64,000 bases of DNA, from assembly GCA_950097015.1 (NCBI GenBank), contig CATNEN010000001.1:6448001-6512000 (forward strand), given 5' to 3'. The position numbers and the translations under genes are program-made. Under the pieces are notes generated by a model. It saw only the letters and a list, made by a program, of their open reading frames with translations, made no database searches and was not told the DNA's origin. Every line of letters begins with the position of its first letter. Position 1 is the first letter of the stretch. The stretch comes from Macrostomum hystrix. Taxonomy: Eukaryota > Animalia > Platyhelminthes. Of this stretch, positions 25,901 to 38,284 are shown one piece after another.

Positions 25901-26796
25901 AATCCATCCCCTTACTATATCATTATTCCAACACTTCCAGTTCATAATTGCTGTGTGTCATTTCGTATCACATTGCAACGTATTTTTTGCGCTTCGACTG
26001 AATTAATTCTCAATAAAAAGAATATTAAATGAAGCATTTGAGAGCTAGTACAGCAGTGAGCTGAATGCGGCTTTTTTTAATTCAAAGTCTTTAGTGTTTT
26101 GGATGAATAAATTCCATTTAAATTTAGTTTTCCTGTCTCTTATTTTAGATCGCAGACAGTGCAGTTGCCTGTACCCATTGCCTGTAGAGCTTTTGTCTGT
26201 CTATGAATAACTTAGCATTAAATAGTCGCTTGCTTATTTCAATCGTAAAATCAGCTTACCTAGAAAATTATTCTAGTCTAGTTTGCAATTTAATTAATTT
26301 AACTTGCTATGACTAAGAGTCGAAAAATTCTGTGCTCAGAGCTAGGCTGCCTGCTCAAAGTGTGAATTGTGCTAGCTTTGTGCTATTAATTAGTAATGAG
26401 GTTGTTGGCAGAATCTCAGTTTATTTTCCTACCTGGACAGGTTTTGATAAATGGAGTGGAGCACAAAGGCCATATGGAGCAAAGAGACGTTATTCGGGCA
26501 AGAAAATAGTGTCTGAAGGAGAACGTAGTGACGAAAATTTCATCTGACCACGCCGAGGCTGGCTCATTGTTCTAAACTGCAAGCATTGGTCGGAAGATTT
26601 TGCTGGCGATGCACAATTCTCAGGCTGCCTTGCAACCACCCCTAGCTTACCATCAGACAGAAAAACGAAAAATTTTATTTGAGATTTCTTCGCAGTCTAA
26701 AGTAGCTCGACAAAGATTGCGAGGGACAATTGGACAGGAGAGGAGAAAGGACTGATTGAGTCGTCGCTAAGCAAGAGCTCTACTTGTTATACCAAC

Positions 26797-27903
26797 ATGC
26801 GATTCCAATTGCAGCGAGTGTTGAAACTGCTAGTCTTGGCGCTGACCAGTCTACTCATCATAGTCCTGTACAGATGCAGAGCCAGTACCGACCGAACGCC
26901 CAGCCAGGACGACTCGAAGCTGCCGGTAGAGGAGCGGTGCAAGAGCTACCAGGAGCTCAGGGACGTGGACTTCCTTGAGCCCAGGTTCCGAGACGGCCTG
27001 TGCAGTGGTGCAAGCGCCTATGTCAAGTCGTCTAGCGGCTACCCGCTGTGCAAGCTCAAGAACCCCTTCGACGAGAGCCTCCTGGGCGTTGTACGTAAGC
27101 GAAGTGCAACTGCCGACCTGCTGGACATGAAGAACTCGCCAGTCAAGATGTTCATCTATAAAGAGAAGGATGCAATTTCGGAGAATATTCGCAGGGAGAA
27201 AAGCTGGGAGAGGAACATTGTGCACACGACAATGCGCTTCGCTCGACGAGTTCCAAATGCAACATTTCTGGACGCTGGGTGTAACATCGGGGTATACAGC
27301 ATGACTGCAGCTCGACTAGGTCTGCCAGTCGTGTCTCTCGATGCCAATCTTCGCAACCTGCTCAGACTTCGTCTCAGCCTCACTGCAGCCGCTCTGGACG
27401 CCTCGTTGGTGTGGAACTTCATCGGATCGAACGACCAGCTGAGCTTCCTGAACTTTCCCGGCGACTGCAACGTCGGCGGAGCCACAAAGTTCGGCCGAGA
27501 CATCAAGGACACGATTCCCGTGATGACGATGAGGTCGGACAAGCTGGGGTCAGTCATTCCGACCAACAGCGTGGTGCTCAAGTTGGACATCGAAGGCGGC
27601 GAGGCCGACTTTCTGCGCACCTCCGGCGACTTGTTCAGCAAGTTCAAGTTCGCCGTCATCCAGATGGAGTGGATGCTGCATCACATGACCGGCAACGACA
27701 ATGCCACAATCATCGACTTCTTCACCAGCAGGCGATACAGTGCGTGGAAGACGCCGGACCTCGTCGAGCTGGACACCAAGCAGTCGTCGACTTGGGGCAA
27801 CAGCGACCTGCTGTGGATTCACGAGGAATTCAAGCATCTGGTGTCCGTCGTTAAACAGGAGAACCAACTTGAGCTAGAAAAATATGGTGACCGGAAGGTT
27901 TAG
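26797..27903 (+). CDS. FkbM-family (Methyltransf_21) SAM-dependent methyltransferase with N-terminal signal-anchor, copy 1
   Basis: Intronless 368 aa; motifs DAISENI..EKSWE, TFLDAGCNIGVYS, VVLKLDIEGGE, IQMEW; N-terminal TM LLVLALTSLLIIVLY. Confidence 0.88.
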   Translation: MRFQLQRVLKLLVLALTSLLIIVLYRCRASTDRTPSQDDSKLPVEERCKSYQELRDVDFLEPRFRDGLCSGASAYVKSSSGYPLCKLKNPFDESLLGVVRKRSATADLLDMKNSPVKMFIYKEKDAISENIRREKSWERNIVHTTMRFARRVPNATFLDAGCNIGVYSMTAARLGLPVVSLDANLRNLLRLRLSLTAAALDASLVWNFIGSNDQLSFLNFPGDCNVGGATKFGRDIKDTIPVMTMRSDKLGSVIPTNSVVLKLDIEGGEADFLRTSGDLFSKFKFAVIQMEWMLHHMTGNDNATIIDFFTSRRYSAWKTPDLVELDTKQSSTWGNSDLLWIHEEFKHLVSVVKQENQLELEKYGDRKV

Positions 27904-28513
27904 TATGGTAGTGATTGTTCAGCTTAACAATCGCCATTTAGGTGCGACTGAATCGAGTTTAGCTCTGTTTCGACAATAAATTCTTTTTTTAATTCGATAA
28001 GTTTTCCACGCCGTACTTGATGGCAGCACTGTATCGCCTGGCAGCACTTTAATCGCTTCGCTTACTGAATTGTTCTTGAGTATACCTTGAGTATACTGGA
28101 ATGTAGCTCTGTCAAAATGTACTCTTTTGGGTTTAAAATAAATTAAATACAGTGTAATACGATTAATTAAAACTATATAATCTCCCCGGTCTCTCACCTC
28201 CACTGAGTCTAATAAGTGAAGTTTTCCGACATTTGGTCTCTATGAGGTTACTGTTTGACGAGGTAATAAACTCAATACACACTTTATGAGATAACTTTTA
28301 TTTTACAATCGAATATAAATTGAAAAGTAACAGAAATGAAAAAATGATCTTAGTTTTTTTCAAAAGATAGTAATTTGTTTAGCTTTTGTGAACATAGATT
28401 TAAGCCGGTCGTGAAAAACTATTCAGAATAAAGTTTATCGAACTGTAAAACCTTTTTTTAGAAAATTAGCATACAATAACAATGTAACTACCTGTGAGAC
28501 GCGCTCTGATAAC

Positions 28514-28835
28514 GAGGGGTGAGTGACAGTCTGGTAATCGTGTTTGCCTCTCGCACCAAGGTCACTGAGCTCGATTCCGCGGCGAAGCCACATTCATTTT
28601 GGGCGCAGACGTGGAGAGAAGGCTTCGGGGCTTGACCGATCGATTAACGTCCTCGACGGCCAACCCGCAAGGCACAGAGAGGGTGTCCACTGCCTAACGA
28701 AAGTCAGGGCAGATGTACACACCTGTGTGAGAGTGTGCCTGAGTACGGTATCTGTGTGCGAGCTTGTGCTCAGGAGTCAGTGGAATACAGTGGAATCCTC
28801 GCTTACTACTTGTCGACAACCGACTGTCGCTCAAT
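28514..28835 (+). mobile_element. tRNA-derived SINE family B, near full length
   Basis: Head gaggggtgagtgacag...ctgagctcgattccgcggcga; body cacattcattttgggcgcag and aaagtcagggcag are reverse complements of the 42.9-43.2 kb copy. Confidence 0.8.
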
Positions 28836-29021
28836 GATGCGCACATGAAAAACTAAACTCTATGTTCGGTTTACAAGATACTACTTATGGAGAATGTATC
28901 GGTATAGATTAGTATTACTTGCAGTTGTCACAATAGTGCATAAGCAATGCTTCATTATAGGATTGCAATACTACAGCACTGCACACTTGCTTTTCGGAAG
29001 ATAAAATTTCAAATCCTGAAT

Positions 29022-29378
29022 TTACTCAGCACACGAGTAGATCAAGACCAGAATCAGCGCGCCGAGAAGCACGCCGCTGAAGATACTGAACGCGATGACG
29101 CCAATGTGAACAAACCAGGCTATGCTCGGGTTCAGCATGCTTGCGGACTCCAGCTGAATGCTAACCAGCAGTGCGACCAGAATCATCACCGAGCAGCCCA
29201 ATGCCACGGACAGGACGATTGCGATGGCGCGTCGATTGCGACCCGAGAGCCGGCAGCAACTGGCGATTGGGCTGCGAGCAATACAGGCCGGGTAGCGATT
29301 CTCGATCACAGATGGTTCGCAATGGCACCGAGGCGTCAGTGCCTCAAGATCTGCATGATCCACTGTTTTCATTTTCAA
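29022..29378 (-). CDS. Small protein with two transmembrane helices
   Basis: 118-aa ORF with ATG; hydrophobic segments AIAIVLSVALGCSVMILVALLVSI and IAWFVHIGVIAFSIFSGVLLGALILVLIY. Confidence 0.6.
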   Translation of the reverse strand: MKMKTVDHADLEALTPRCHCEPSVIENRYPACIARSPIASCCRLSGRNRRAIAIVLSVALGCSVMILVALLVSIQLESASMLNPSIAWFVHIGVIAFSIFSGVLLGALILVLIYSCAE

Positions 29379-30593
29379 GTCGCTTTTTTATTTTGAGGAC
29401 AGTTTGAAGCTTTAGTATGTCGTGCTGTCAAGACGAGACAAAAATTTTTTTCCAGTTTTCTTTCGGTTCTATTCTCTCTCTCTTGTTGCTTCGTTATAAC
29501 TCGAAGGAGGCATAGTTCCTTGAAAAAGGGGTCTTGGAGGCAAGCACTAATGTTAAAAACAGCACGGTGAGATTTCTATAAATATTCACATGCACATGAC
29601 GTCCTTCTTGACCGAATTTTCCAAAGGAAATTCTCTTATACTGCATGTACAATGCCATTTTGGGGTTCTGTTATTCATAGCATGAGCGAAAATAGGTGAC
29701 CACTATATTTTGTAATGTCTTTTTATAAAGAATGCAATATTTAGACATGATCGTGTTGTACATTCTCTGTGTGTCTGCTACGAAAACAATAAGTTTCTCT
29801 TCCTACTTTATTTCACTGCATATATAACTTATTGCCTATTTTTATATATTTTACATTAGAAAGCGGTTTCTTTATCAAGAATTCTCTGCTTGCATTTCTA
29901 ACTTAGTCAGTTATTGGGTTTGGGAAGAAATGCATGATAGCCTGGAACCACTCATACAGTCTGCAGTCAGTTATTTGCAGCTCACAGATGGGTTGATTCA
30001 GCTGTCATGGAAGCCATGCAGTGTACAGGTTCCTGACAACAAATGGGGATCAGCAGCTCTCACCCTGGCTGACAGTACCCTGGCTGACAGTACCAGCGTG
30101 TGTTTAGCGGAGGAAGGAGTTAGTGGAACGATAATGGCACTGCACACCTTGAGCAATGTTGGGGAAGATAGTCCCCGAGGAGAGAGGACGACAAAGAACA
30201 TGTACAGCAAGCCTTAAGCAGAATGTGCGCGATCGTGCATTGCTAGTTCTCGTCAACGCTAGCTCTGACTAACCCCATTGTTTAAAATGGCTTTTAGAGT
30301 TTAGCTGCGGATGCCTCCCTCCATTCACTAGCTAACACCAGCTACAAATGCTACTAGCCCAGGCTGAATTCATTTTCACAAACTAGAGCTCTACGAGGGT
30401 TGCGATTGGCAAAAGCTTGAATTAAGCAGTGACAAGAAACCATTAATGCGCTGATGCAGATCTTCAGGAGTTATGCCCATGGACATTGAAAAATATTATT
30501 ATCGACTTTCAGATTCATATCTCACATAGCTGTATATAGTAATATTTAAGCAGTCCTATTTTTAGCCAGACAACCCTCGTGCATTCAGAGAAA

Positions 30594-31661
30594 ATGCGCG
30601 CAAAAGCGCAGCGAAATTTACGACTCTCCGTGTGCGCTCTAGTTTGTCTTCTGGTATTTGTTTTGCACTACAAATACAATACTAGCAGTACAAACAGCAA
30701 CGACTCGAAGCTGCCGGTGGAGGAGCGGTGCAAGAGCTACCAGGAGCTCAGGGACGTGGACTTCCTTGAGCCCAGGTTCCGAGACGGCCTGTGCAGCGGT
30801 GCAAGCGCCTATGTCAAGTCGTCTAGCGGCTACCCGCTGTGCAATTTGAAGAACCCCTTCGACGAGAGCCTCCTGGGCGTTGTACGTAAGCGAAGTGCAA
30901 CTGCCGACCTGCTGGACATGAAGAACTCGCCAGTCAAGATGTTCATCTATAAAGAGAAGGATGCAATTTCGGAAAATATTCGCAGGGAGAAAAGCTGGGA
31001 GAGGAACATTGTGCACACGACAATGCGCTTCGCTCGACGAGTTCCAAATGCAACATTTCTGGACGCTGGGTGCAACATCGGGGTCTACAGCATGACTGCA
31101 GCTCGACTAGGTCTGCCAGTCGTGTCTCTCGATGCCAATCTTCGCAACCTGCTCAGACTTCGTCTCAGCCTCACTGCAGCCGCTCTGGACGCCTCGTTGG
31201 TGTGGAACTTCATCGGATCGAACGACCAGCTGAGCTTCCTGAACTTTCCCGGCGACTGCAACGTCGGCGGAGCCACCAAGTTCGGCCGAGACATCAAGGA
31301 CACGATTCCCGTGATGACGATGAGGTCGGACAAGCTGGGGTCAGTCATTCCGACCAACAGCGTGGTGCTCAAGTTGGACATCGAAGGCGGCGAGGCCGAC
31401 TTTCTGCGCACCTCCGGCGACTTGTTCAGCAAGTTCAAGTTCGCCGTCATCCAGATGGAGTGGATGCTGCATCACATGACCGGCAACGACAATGCCACAA
31501 TCATCGACTTCTTCACCAGCAGGCGATACAGTGCGTGGAAGACGCCGGACCTCGTCGAGCTGGACACCAAGCAGTCGTCGACTTGGGGCAACAGCGACCT
31601 GCTGTGGATTCACGAGGACTTCAAGCACCTGGTGTCCGTCGTTAAACAGGAAAAAATTTAA
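30594..31661 (+). CDS. FkbM-family methyltransferase with N-terminal signal-anchor, copy 2
   Basis: True ATG at 30594 (MRAKAQRNLRLSVCALVCLLVFVLHY); catalytic region almost identical to copy 1. Confidence 0.88.
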   Translation: MRAKAQRNLRLSVCALVCLLVFVLHYKYNTSSTNSNDSKLPVEERCKSYQELRDVDFLEPRFRDGLCSGASAYVKSSSGYPLCNLKNPFDESLLGVVRKRSATADLLDMKNSPVKMFIYKEKDAISENIRREKSWERNIVHTTMRFARRVPNATFLDAGCNIGVYSMTAARLGLPVVSLDANLRNLLRLRLSLTAAALDASLVWNFIGSNDQLSFLNFPGDCNVGGATKFGRDIKDTIPVMTMRSDKLGSVIPTNSVVLKLDIEGGEADFLRTSGDLFSKFKFAVIQMEWMLHHMTGNDNATIIDFFTSRRYSAWKTPDLVELDTKQSSTWGNSDLLWIHEDFKHLVSVVKQEKI

Positions 31662-32718
31662 CCATTTTGTCAAATACTTTCGACTTGAAACACCTGTTTG
31701 AAATTTAAACTTAATTCATTTAGTCATTTTATTAGTTAAAGTACAAAAAATAAAAATTCGATCGTATAATTTTCTTGTTTTGATGTCTTGACAAGTTTAA
31801 AGGACTTCTTGAAGTGCATCCTAGCTTTGCTTTTGGCCACAGTATTAGTGCCAATTTAATACATTTGCATACGTCCACATGCAGTAAAATATTAAATATG
31901 AATGCTAGTTCTCGACCCACATGTATTCGGACGCTGCTTTGCTGTTTGTGTTTAGTTCTCTGTAGCTGGGTTTTAAGCGACTCAAATATGACACAGCTTA
32001 CCGAATAACAGCCTCATTTCCATTTTTGGCTTGCTGCAGAGCATAACATAAAAAATCAACCATTAAATTTTCTGTCGAAGAATACACTATAAGATACTTC
32101 CATTTTACATGTAGCTAAATATTGTGTGCAGTAACGCACCAAAACGGTGTAATATTGATCGTAAAAATATATTTAGACACACATTCAATCCAGTGTTGCT
32201 CTGGATTGGTCAGTCATGTCTAATACGACTTAATTATTTGCTAGCGAAAATGTAAAAATTCTAGTTTGTAGGCAGAGCACCACATGCAACTAGTTTTTAT
32301 TACTATTCCTATTGCAGAACAAATTGTAAACATGCAGCGCATTTTGAGATTCCTAAAAAATCGTAGCAATCTTCGTAGGTTAGCACATCACAAATGTTAA
32401 AGCCAAAACTAGTGATGGCTGCTTTCGTGAACAGTATTTTATCAATTAAAAATAATTTGCATCTTATGTATTCTTATTCTTCGGGCATTGACCTATTTCC
32501 TGACTAAAAACAAAACGGTGTTGCGCTCAATTATAGTAAATAATAAGTAAATTTATGAAGAAATAAAAAAGAATAAATTGCAAACGTAAAACAGAAGCCG
32601 CTGTCTTAAACAGTTCTCATTTGTTTTACGTATCGGAATCGCCTGAGCTATTTCTTTTAAAGTATCTTTGTTTTGTAGAAAAATAAGAGGGTTACTTACT
32701 TACTTGGGACGTAATGGT

Positions 32719-33033
32719 TTTCCTATGGATATTCAGATTGATATTCGATGAATCAAAAATTCTATAAAATTAAACAAACTCGGAGTGTCGACACTTTATA
32801 TTCTCCATACAGCAACCGAGATATGATACCGTGTCAAGTTTCTACCAAATTGGACTTGTAGTTTCGGAGATAATCACCTGTACGTGGTGCTCGCCATCTC
32901 TGTAATCAGTGCAATGTATTTCAATAGGCTCCATTGATATTCGCAGGAGATTCACTTTGGCTTAATCCACACTGCTCACACTTTATATTTTCCATACAGC
33001 AACCGAGATATCAATCTGAATATCCATCGGGAA
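32719..33033. mobile_element. MITE-like element with ~26-bp inverted termini and an internal 34-bp direct repeat
   Basis: ttcctatggatattcagattgatat versus atatcaatctgaatatccatcgggaa; acactttatatt(c/t)tccatacagcaaccgagatat occurs at ~32791 and ~32978. Confidence 0.6.
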
Positions 33034-34983
33034 ACAATTATATTTACTTAGGCGTTTCTTTTAGAGCTTTACTTAACGTGCAGTGAGCAGGACCATAACA
33101 GGGTCCGCTGTTTTAACACTAGTAATAATAAATTACAAAATAAAAATAGAAACAGCTGGAACAAAATATTTGTTACTGTTTAGTGCATAGGCCTAATTTG
33201 GCCCATTCCATTCTATGCTGAAATGGTACTGCTGAAACCACTACAAACTAGGCCTATCACTTTTTTGTTATTTCCAGTTGTTAATTCCATGAATATTATC
33301 AATATTGGGTGCCTGTAGGTGCAGGAAATGGCAGATTGAAAGCAAAGAAATAGACATTTGGCTGAATGTACTTTGATTCATGAAGACACAAACATTTTCA
33401 TACATTATTATCAAAAGACTGCTTGTAGAAATAAAGGCTTAGGCCTAACATTAAATCTGCAAAACAAAGTTGTGTTTTTATAGCTGCTCATTGAAGTTTT
33501 TTTAGGTAACATAACATACTTTTAAAAACGTTTTTAAAAGTTTTAGCCTACTAGCATTGATTGAAGCCAAGTCAGTTTCACTCAGTTTGCTAGCATTACA
33601 AAAGTGATTTTTGGCAATCCAGCAATCCACTAGTTTCACACCCACATTTAATTATAATTGATTCTATAACAACAGTCTTACTGAATTCCACAAAAGCCCT
33701 AGTAAAAAATATAACATTGACCAACAACCACCAAGTCACTAAAATTTCATTGTACTTTGCTTAGATACAATACTAGGCCCCTATAGCAGTTTGCCACCCA
33801 GAAAAGTATATTGCCAAAGCCAAAGGTAACAAGGCAAGAATAAAATCATCTTTCCTCTCTTGTGATGTTCTTGTCCCTCTCACCCCTCTTCTCTCTTTAT
33901 GTTTTGGCCATAGACAGCCATGCAAAGCCATGACATCAGAAAATTAAAAACTCACGTGATTTTTTAAATTTTACATCTAATATTGTATGTAACATTTATA
34001 GCTAGGCTATTCACCTACTATTCACCATTCAGCTAGTCACCTACAGTGACTATTTATATATAAATTTATATATAAATTATAAACAATGAGTGAAACTGAC
34101 TTGGCTTCAATCAATTTATATATAAATAGTCACATTTGAAAAATAATTATAAACAATAAAAATGCTTGACTTTTTGCCCTAGATATGATCTATATTTTGT
34201 TTTCTAAGTCTTGAAAGTGGTTATAACCAACTAAGATAAGCCTAGGCCTAGCTAGATTTATTAAAGTATAAGTGTAATTGTATTTATATATATAATTGCT
34301 AGTTTACTTTAGGATATAGAAAGGAGAAAGTTTACTTTTATAGCTTATAGGCCTATAGCTATTTTTTCTGTAAATAAAAATGTATATTTAATTGGTTTTG
34401 AAGAATATATGTTTTGCTAGCATTTGAAAAGGGCCTAAGTTTAAAATCAGGTTTTTCTTTGGTAGTAGGCCCACTACCTATAGCCTTTAATCTATGATAA
34501 GTAGCTGATAATTACTCAAACTTTGTCACTAAAGTAATGTCCCATAGCAAATACAAATATAAATCTGTAATTTTTTCACGAATAGTTTTCTAGGCCTAAT
34601 TAATTTGGTTATGGTTTGTTTTATAAAATGTACATTGATCAATAGTTTAACTTTATATGTAAATAAGAATTATTGGCCTTCAGAGTAAACTAAATAGTTA
34701 TATTTAGTTTCCGATAACAAAGCAAGAAGCAATTCTTAATGGTTTCAAATATATTTTGAATGTTGGGCCCACTATGAATTTTGGCCTACTTTAAGGTGGT
34801 GAATATGTTACATGATGCACATGTGATAAATATATGCAAAAATTAGTAAAAAATGTTAATAAAGCTGCTCAGTTCTTAGTGTGAATTTATATTTTTACAG
34901 GCAAGGTAACAAGTTATACTTGAATTTTTCCAGCTAATCAGCCTGCTGATTTATAGAAACTTGTTACACTCTGTTTTATTAAA

Positions 34984-35839
34984 ATGGTGCTAACTTCGCA
35001 ACAACAGCAACAGCAGCAGCAGCAGCAGCAGCAAATATATCAAATTCAGCAGCTTCAGCAGCCACAGCAGATGCAAACCGTACTACAGTTGGCTGGCCAT
35101 GGAATTCAAATGCAGCAGCAGCAGCCGCAGCAGCTGTTAGCTTTGCAGGGCCCAAATGGTCAAGTTATTCACCTGCCAGTGCAATGCACAACTGGACCAA
35201 ATGGTCAGTTGGTGTTGATGGTGCCACAAGCGGCTATTGCTCAACCGCAGACTATAGGATTGGCTTCCAATGGCGTGCCAATGCAGGTTCAAACTGTAGC
35301 GTCTGCGCCGTCGGCAATGCCAGTGTCTATGGGCCAAGTTATGCCAGCGCATGTTGTTAGTAATAACCAGCCAATGAAAACTGCCATGATTGAAGCTGTC
35401 AGCAGTGTCCAACAGAATAGGAAACATCATCATTCTCAGGAAGTGACCGAGGTGTCTCAATTGTCTAACGCGCCAGACAGTCCCGCGTCCGATTCGGCTT
35501 TAGCAGTTGCTATGGACGCTGAAGATTCTACCGCCGCCGCTGCTGCTACAGAGGAGGAGCCATTGTACGTGAACGCTAAGCAATATCACAGAATCTTGAA
35601 GCGTCGAGCTGCTCGTGCCAAATTAGAAGCCGAAGGCCGCCTACCTAAACAGCGTCAGAAATATTTGCACGAATCGCGTCACAAGCATGCCATGAAGCGA
35701 ATCAGAGGCACCGGCGGCAGATTCTATAGTCCCGGCGTGTTGGCTAATGGCGGCGGCGGAGGTGGCGGCAACAGCAGCAGCGAAGCGAATTCCTGCACCG
35801 GTGATTTGGACTATCCGACAGGCATTGCGGCTTCTAACA

Positions 35840-35878
<39 letters not shown>

Positions 35879-35991
35879 CCGCCCAGCCAATACGCATTCA
35901 AGCCGCGGCTGCTAATAGTGCTGTCTCATCTATGCCCCAGGTTTTAGTTGTGAACAATTTTGTCGGACCGTCGGTTGCTAAGGCCTCTTAA
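34984..35991 (+). CDS. NFYA: Nuclear transcription factor Y subunit alpha (CBF-B), intronless CDS
   Basis: Gln-rich N-terminus plus conserved domain [25 protein letters not shown]...[22 protein letters not shown]; AATAAA at ~36137. Confidence 0.96.
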
Positions 35992-36835
35992 TTGGTTGCT
36001 AGGGAGAGTGACAGTTTCCCGGTTCATTCATTGAATTGTTCATTCAATAATTGTATAAATCCATTCGCGTTTGTCATTAAGTTGGCGAATTAGTTTGTCC
36101 TATTTATTTATTTTCCTCACCGAGCTCATTCTTGTTAATAAAGTTTTATTCGCAATTCTCATCTTTTTATAAATTTTATTCGAGGTTTAAAGGAAAAAAT
36201 ACTATCTTCAATAGAAACATCGATATTAAGCGATTTAAATCGAATGTCTATTTATACAATACGAAGCTTGTGTATTATCATTAAGGCCTCACTAAGACAT
36301 ACAGTAAGAAAATGAAAGTGTTCTTTTTTACAGTTTTATTTACCTTTTTAATATTCACTTAACCTACTAAACTTTGCATGAAGCAACCTATCGTTAGCGT
36401 ATTTTATTTCAACTACTTCTAGTAGTTAATCAAAAATATGCGAGAGTGTCATATTTTTTTCATTCAATATTTTGCTAGCCTTTTACTACTGTACTCTTAT
36501 AACTAGAAAGTACAAGCGGAGGTTGTAAGTGCTACAAATGCATACATTAAGTACGAAATTTATATTCGTATGAATAATTTGTGTTCATTTTAATTCTATT
36601 CTTTAAATCCCAAAACGGTCAATCGTTTATGCGTTTACAATGAGAAAAATACAAGCATCATTATTAGGTCTGTATTTGTGCTAAGTAATCCGTTTTTTGT
36701 CAATGTGTTACTTTAGTCGAGCCTAAAAAAATTTCGACCAAATAATTGACTATTATTTATTTCCAGGGATGTTGTTGTCGGCGTACTTTAGACGTTCTGA
36801 ACAGTCATATCAAGGGTGCGTGTTCTGAACTGTAA

Positions 36836-37478
36836 TCTCAGGGGTGAGATTTCTGACCTGGCCTCTCAGGGGTGAGATTTCTGACCTGGCCTCTCAGGGG
36901 TGAGATTTCTGACCTGGCTTCTCAGGGGTGGGATTTCTGACCTGGCCTCTCAGGGGTGAGATTTCTGACCTGGCCTCTCAGGGGTGGGATTTCTGACCTG
37001 GCCTCTCAGGGGTGAGATTTCTGGTATCTAATCTCAGGGGTGAGATTTCTGGTATCTAATCTCAGGGGTGAGATTTCCGGTACGTAATCTCAGTGGGAGA
37101 TTTCTGATCTGTCATCCCAGGAGTTAGATTTCTGACCTGGCCTCTCAGGCGTGAGATTTCCGGTATCTAATCTCAGTGGTGGGATTTCTGACCTGCCATC
37201 TCTGGGGTGAGATTTCTGACCTGGCCTAATCTCTGGGGTGAGATTTCTGACCTGGCCTAATCTCTGGGGTGAGATTTCTGATCTGTCATCCCATGGGTGA
37301 GATTTCTGACCTGGCCTCTCAGGGGTGAGATTTCTGGTATCTAATCTCATGGGTGAGATTTCTGGTATCTAATCTCATGGGTGAGATTTCTGGTATCTAA
37401 TCTCATGGGTGAGATTTCCGGTACGTAATCTCAGGGTGAGATTTCTGATCTGTCATCCCAGGGGTTAGATTTCTGACT
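36836..37478. repeat. 28-30-bp minisatellite (ctcaggggtgagatttctgacctggcct and variants)
   Basis: Direct reading. Confidence 0.93.
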
Positions 37479-38284
37479 TGTCAACAGCTATTGAGATAAA
37501 AAAAGTGCAAAAGCAGTCAAGAGATAGTCAAATTATATGCCCAATATCGTTATTGTTAGACTTTTGCCTACACTAGTAAAGTCATCAATTAACTGTCAGT
37601 AAAAAAATCTATTTTAGTCAGAAATACGATTACAAGCTTTCTGCATGGGGCTCGAGTTAAAAAATAAGACATTTTCTTGGACAGACGGAAGATGCAGTGC
37701 AGTTTAAGGCATGGCAATCAATAGAACAAATATTAAACCCAGTACGAATTACATAATCGTAGTGTCAGCTTGAAGCTGTCATAAGTCATACTTAAGTAAG
37801 TATTGTTACTGTCACACTAATTAACATAAAACAAACAAAAAAAACAAAAAAACAAAAAAATGGACATACAATCAACTGTGCATAGTAGCTAATACCTAAA
37901 AGCTGATTTCAGATATTTAGGGGAATTTTAAAAACGTTACTTTTTCAGTAATTCGATTAATATTCGGCTTTACAGTTTTAGTGTCCTAATCTACTTGTAG
38001 GTTGGCAGTTGATCTTATGCTGTAAAGTGTAGTAGCCATGCATAACAAGGAAACAGCATAAAAACTAATTGAGAAACATATTGAATCCACTTCATCTCTC
38101 GCAATTCACGTATCGATCAGAAATCACGGCTTCTAAACGGTATCTGAAATTGTGATAGATATGGATAGAGAAAATTAGTTTGCACGTTTATTTGTTTAAA
38201 AAGACAATTGAATAAAGGATCAGTTTCGTTTGCAACAGAAAGTACTGTAGCTACATATATTTTGATAGGGAGACATGCCTTTTC

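Noticed and set aside
26797-27903. Bacterial horizontal transfer of the FkbM genes
   Set aside because: They are intronless with GC-rich codons, but signal-anchored FkbM-family genes are widespread in invertebrates. The claim cannot be supported without a phylogeny.
29930-30217. 95-aa ORF, possibly a decayed retroelement
   Set aside because: No recognisable motif or splice context.
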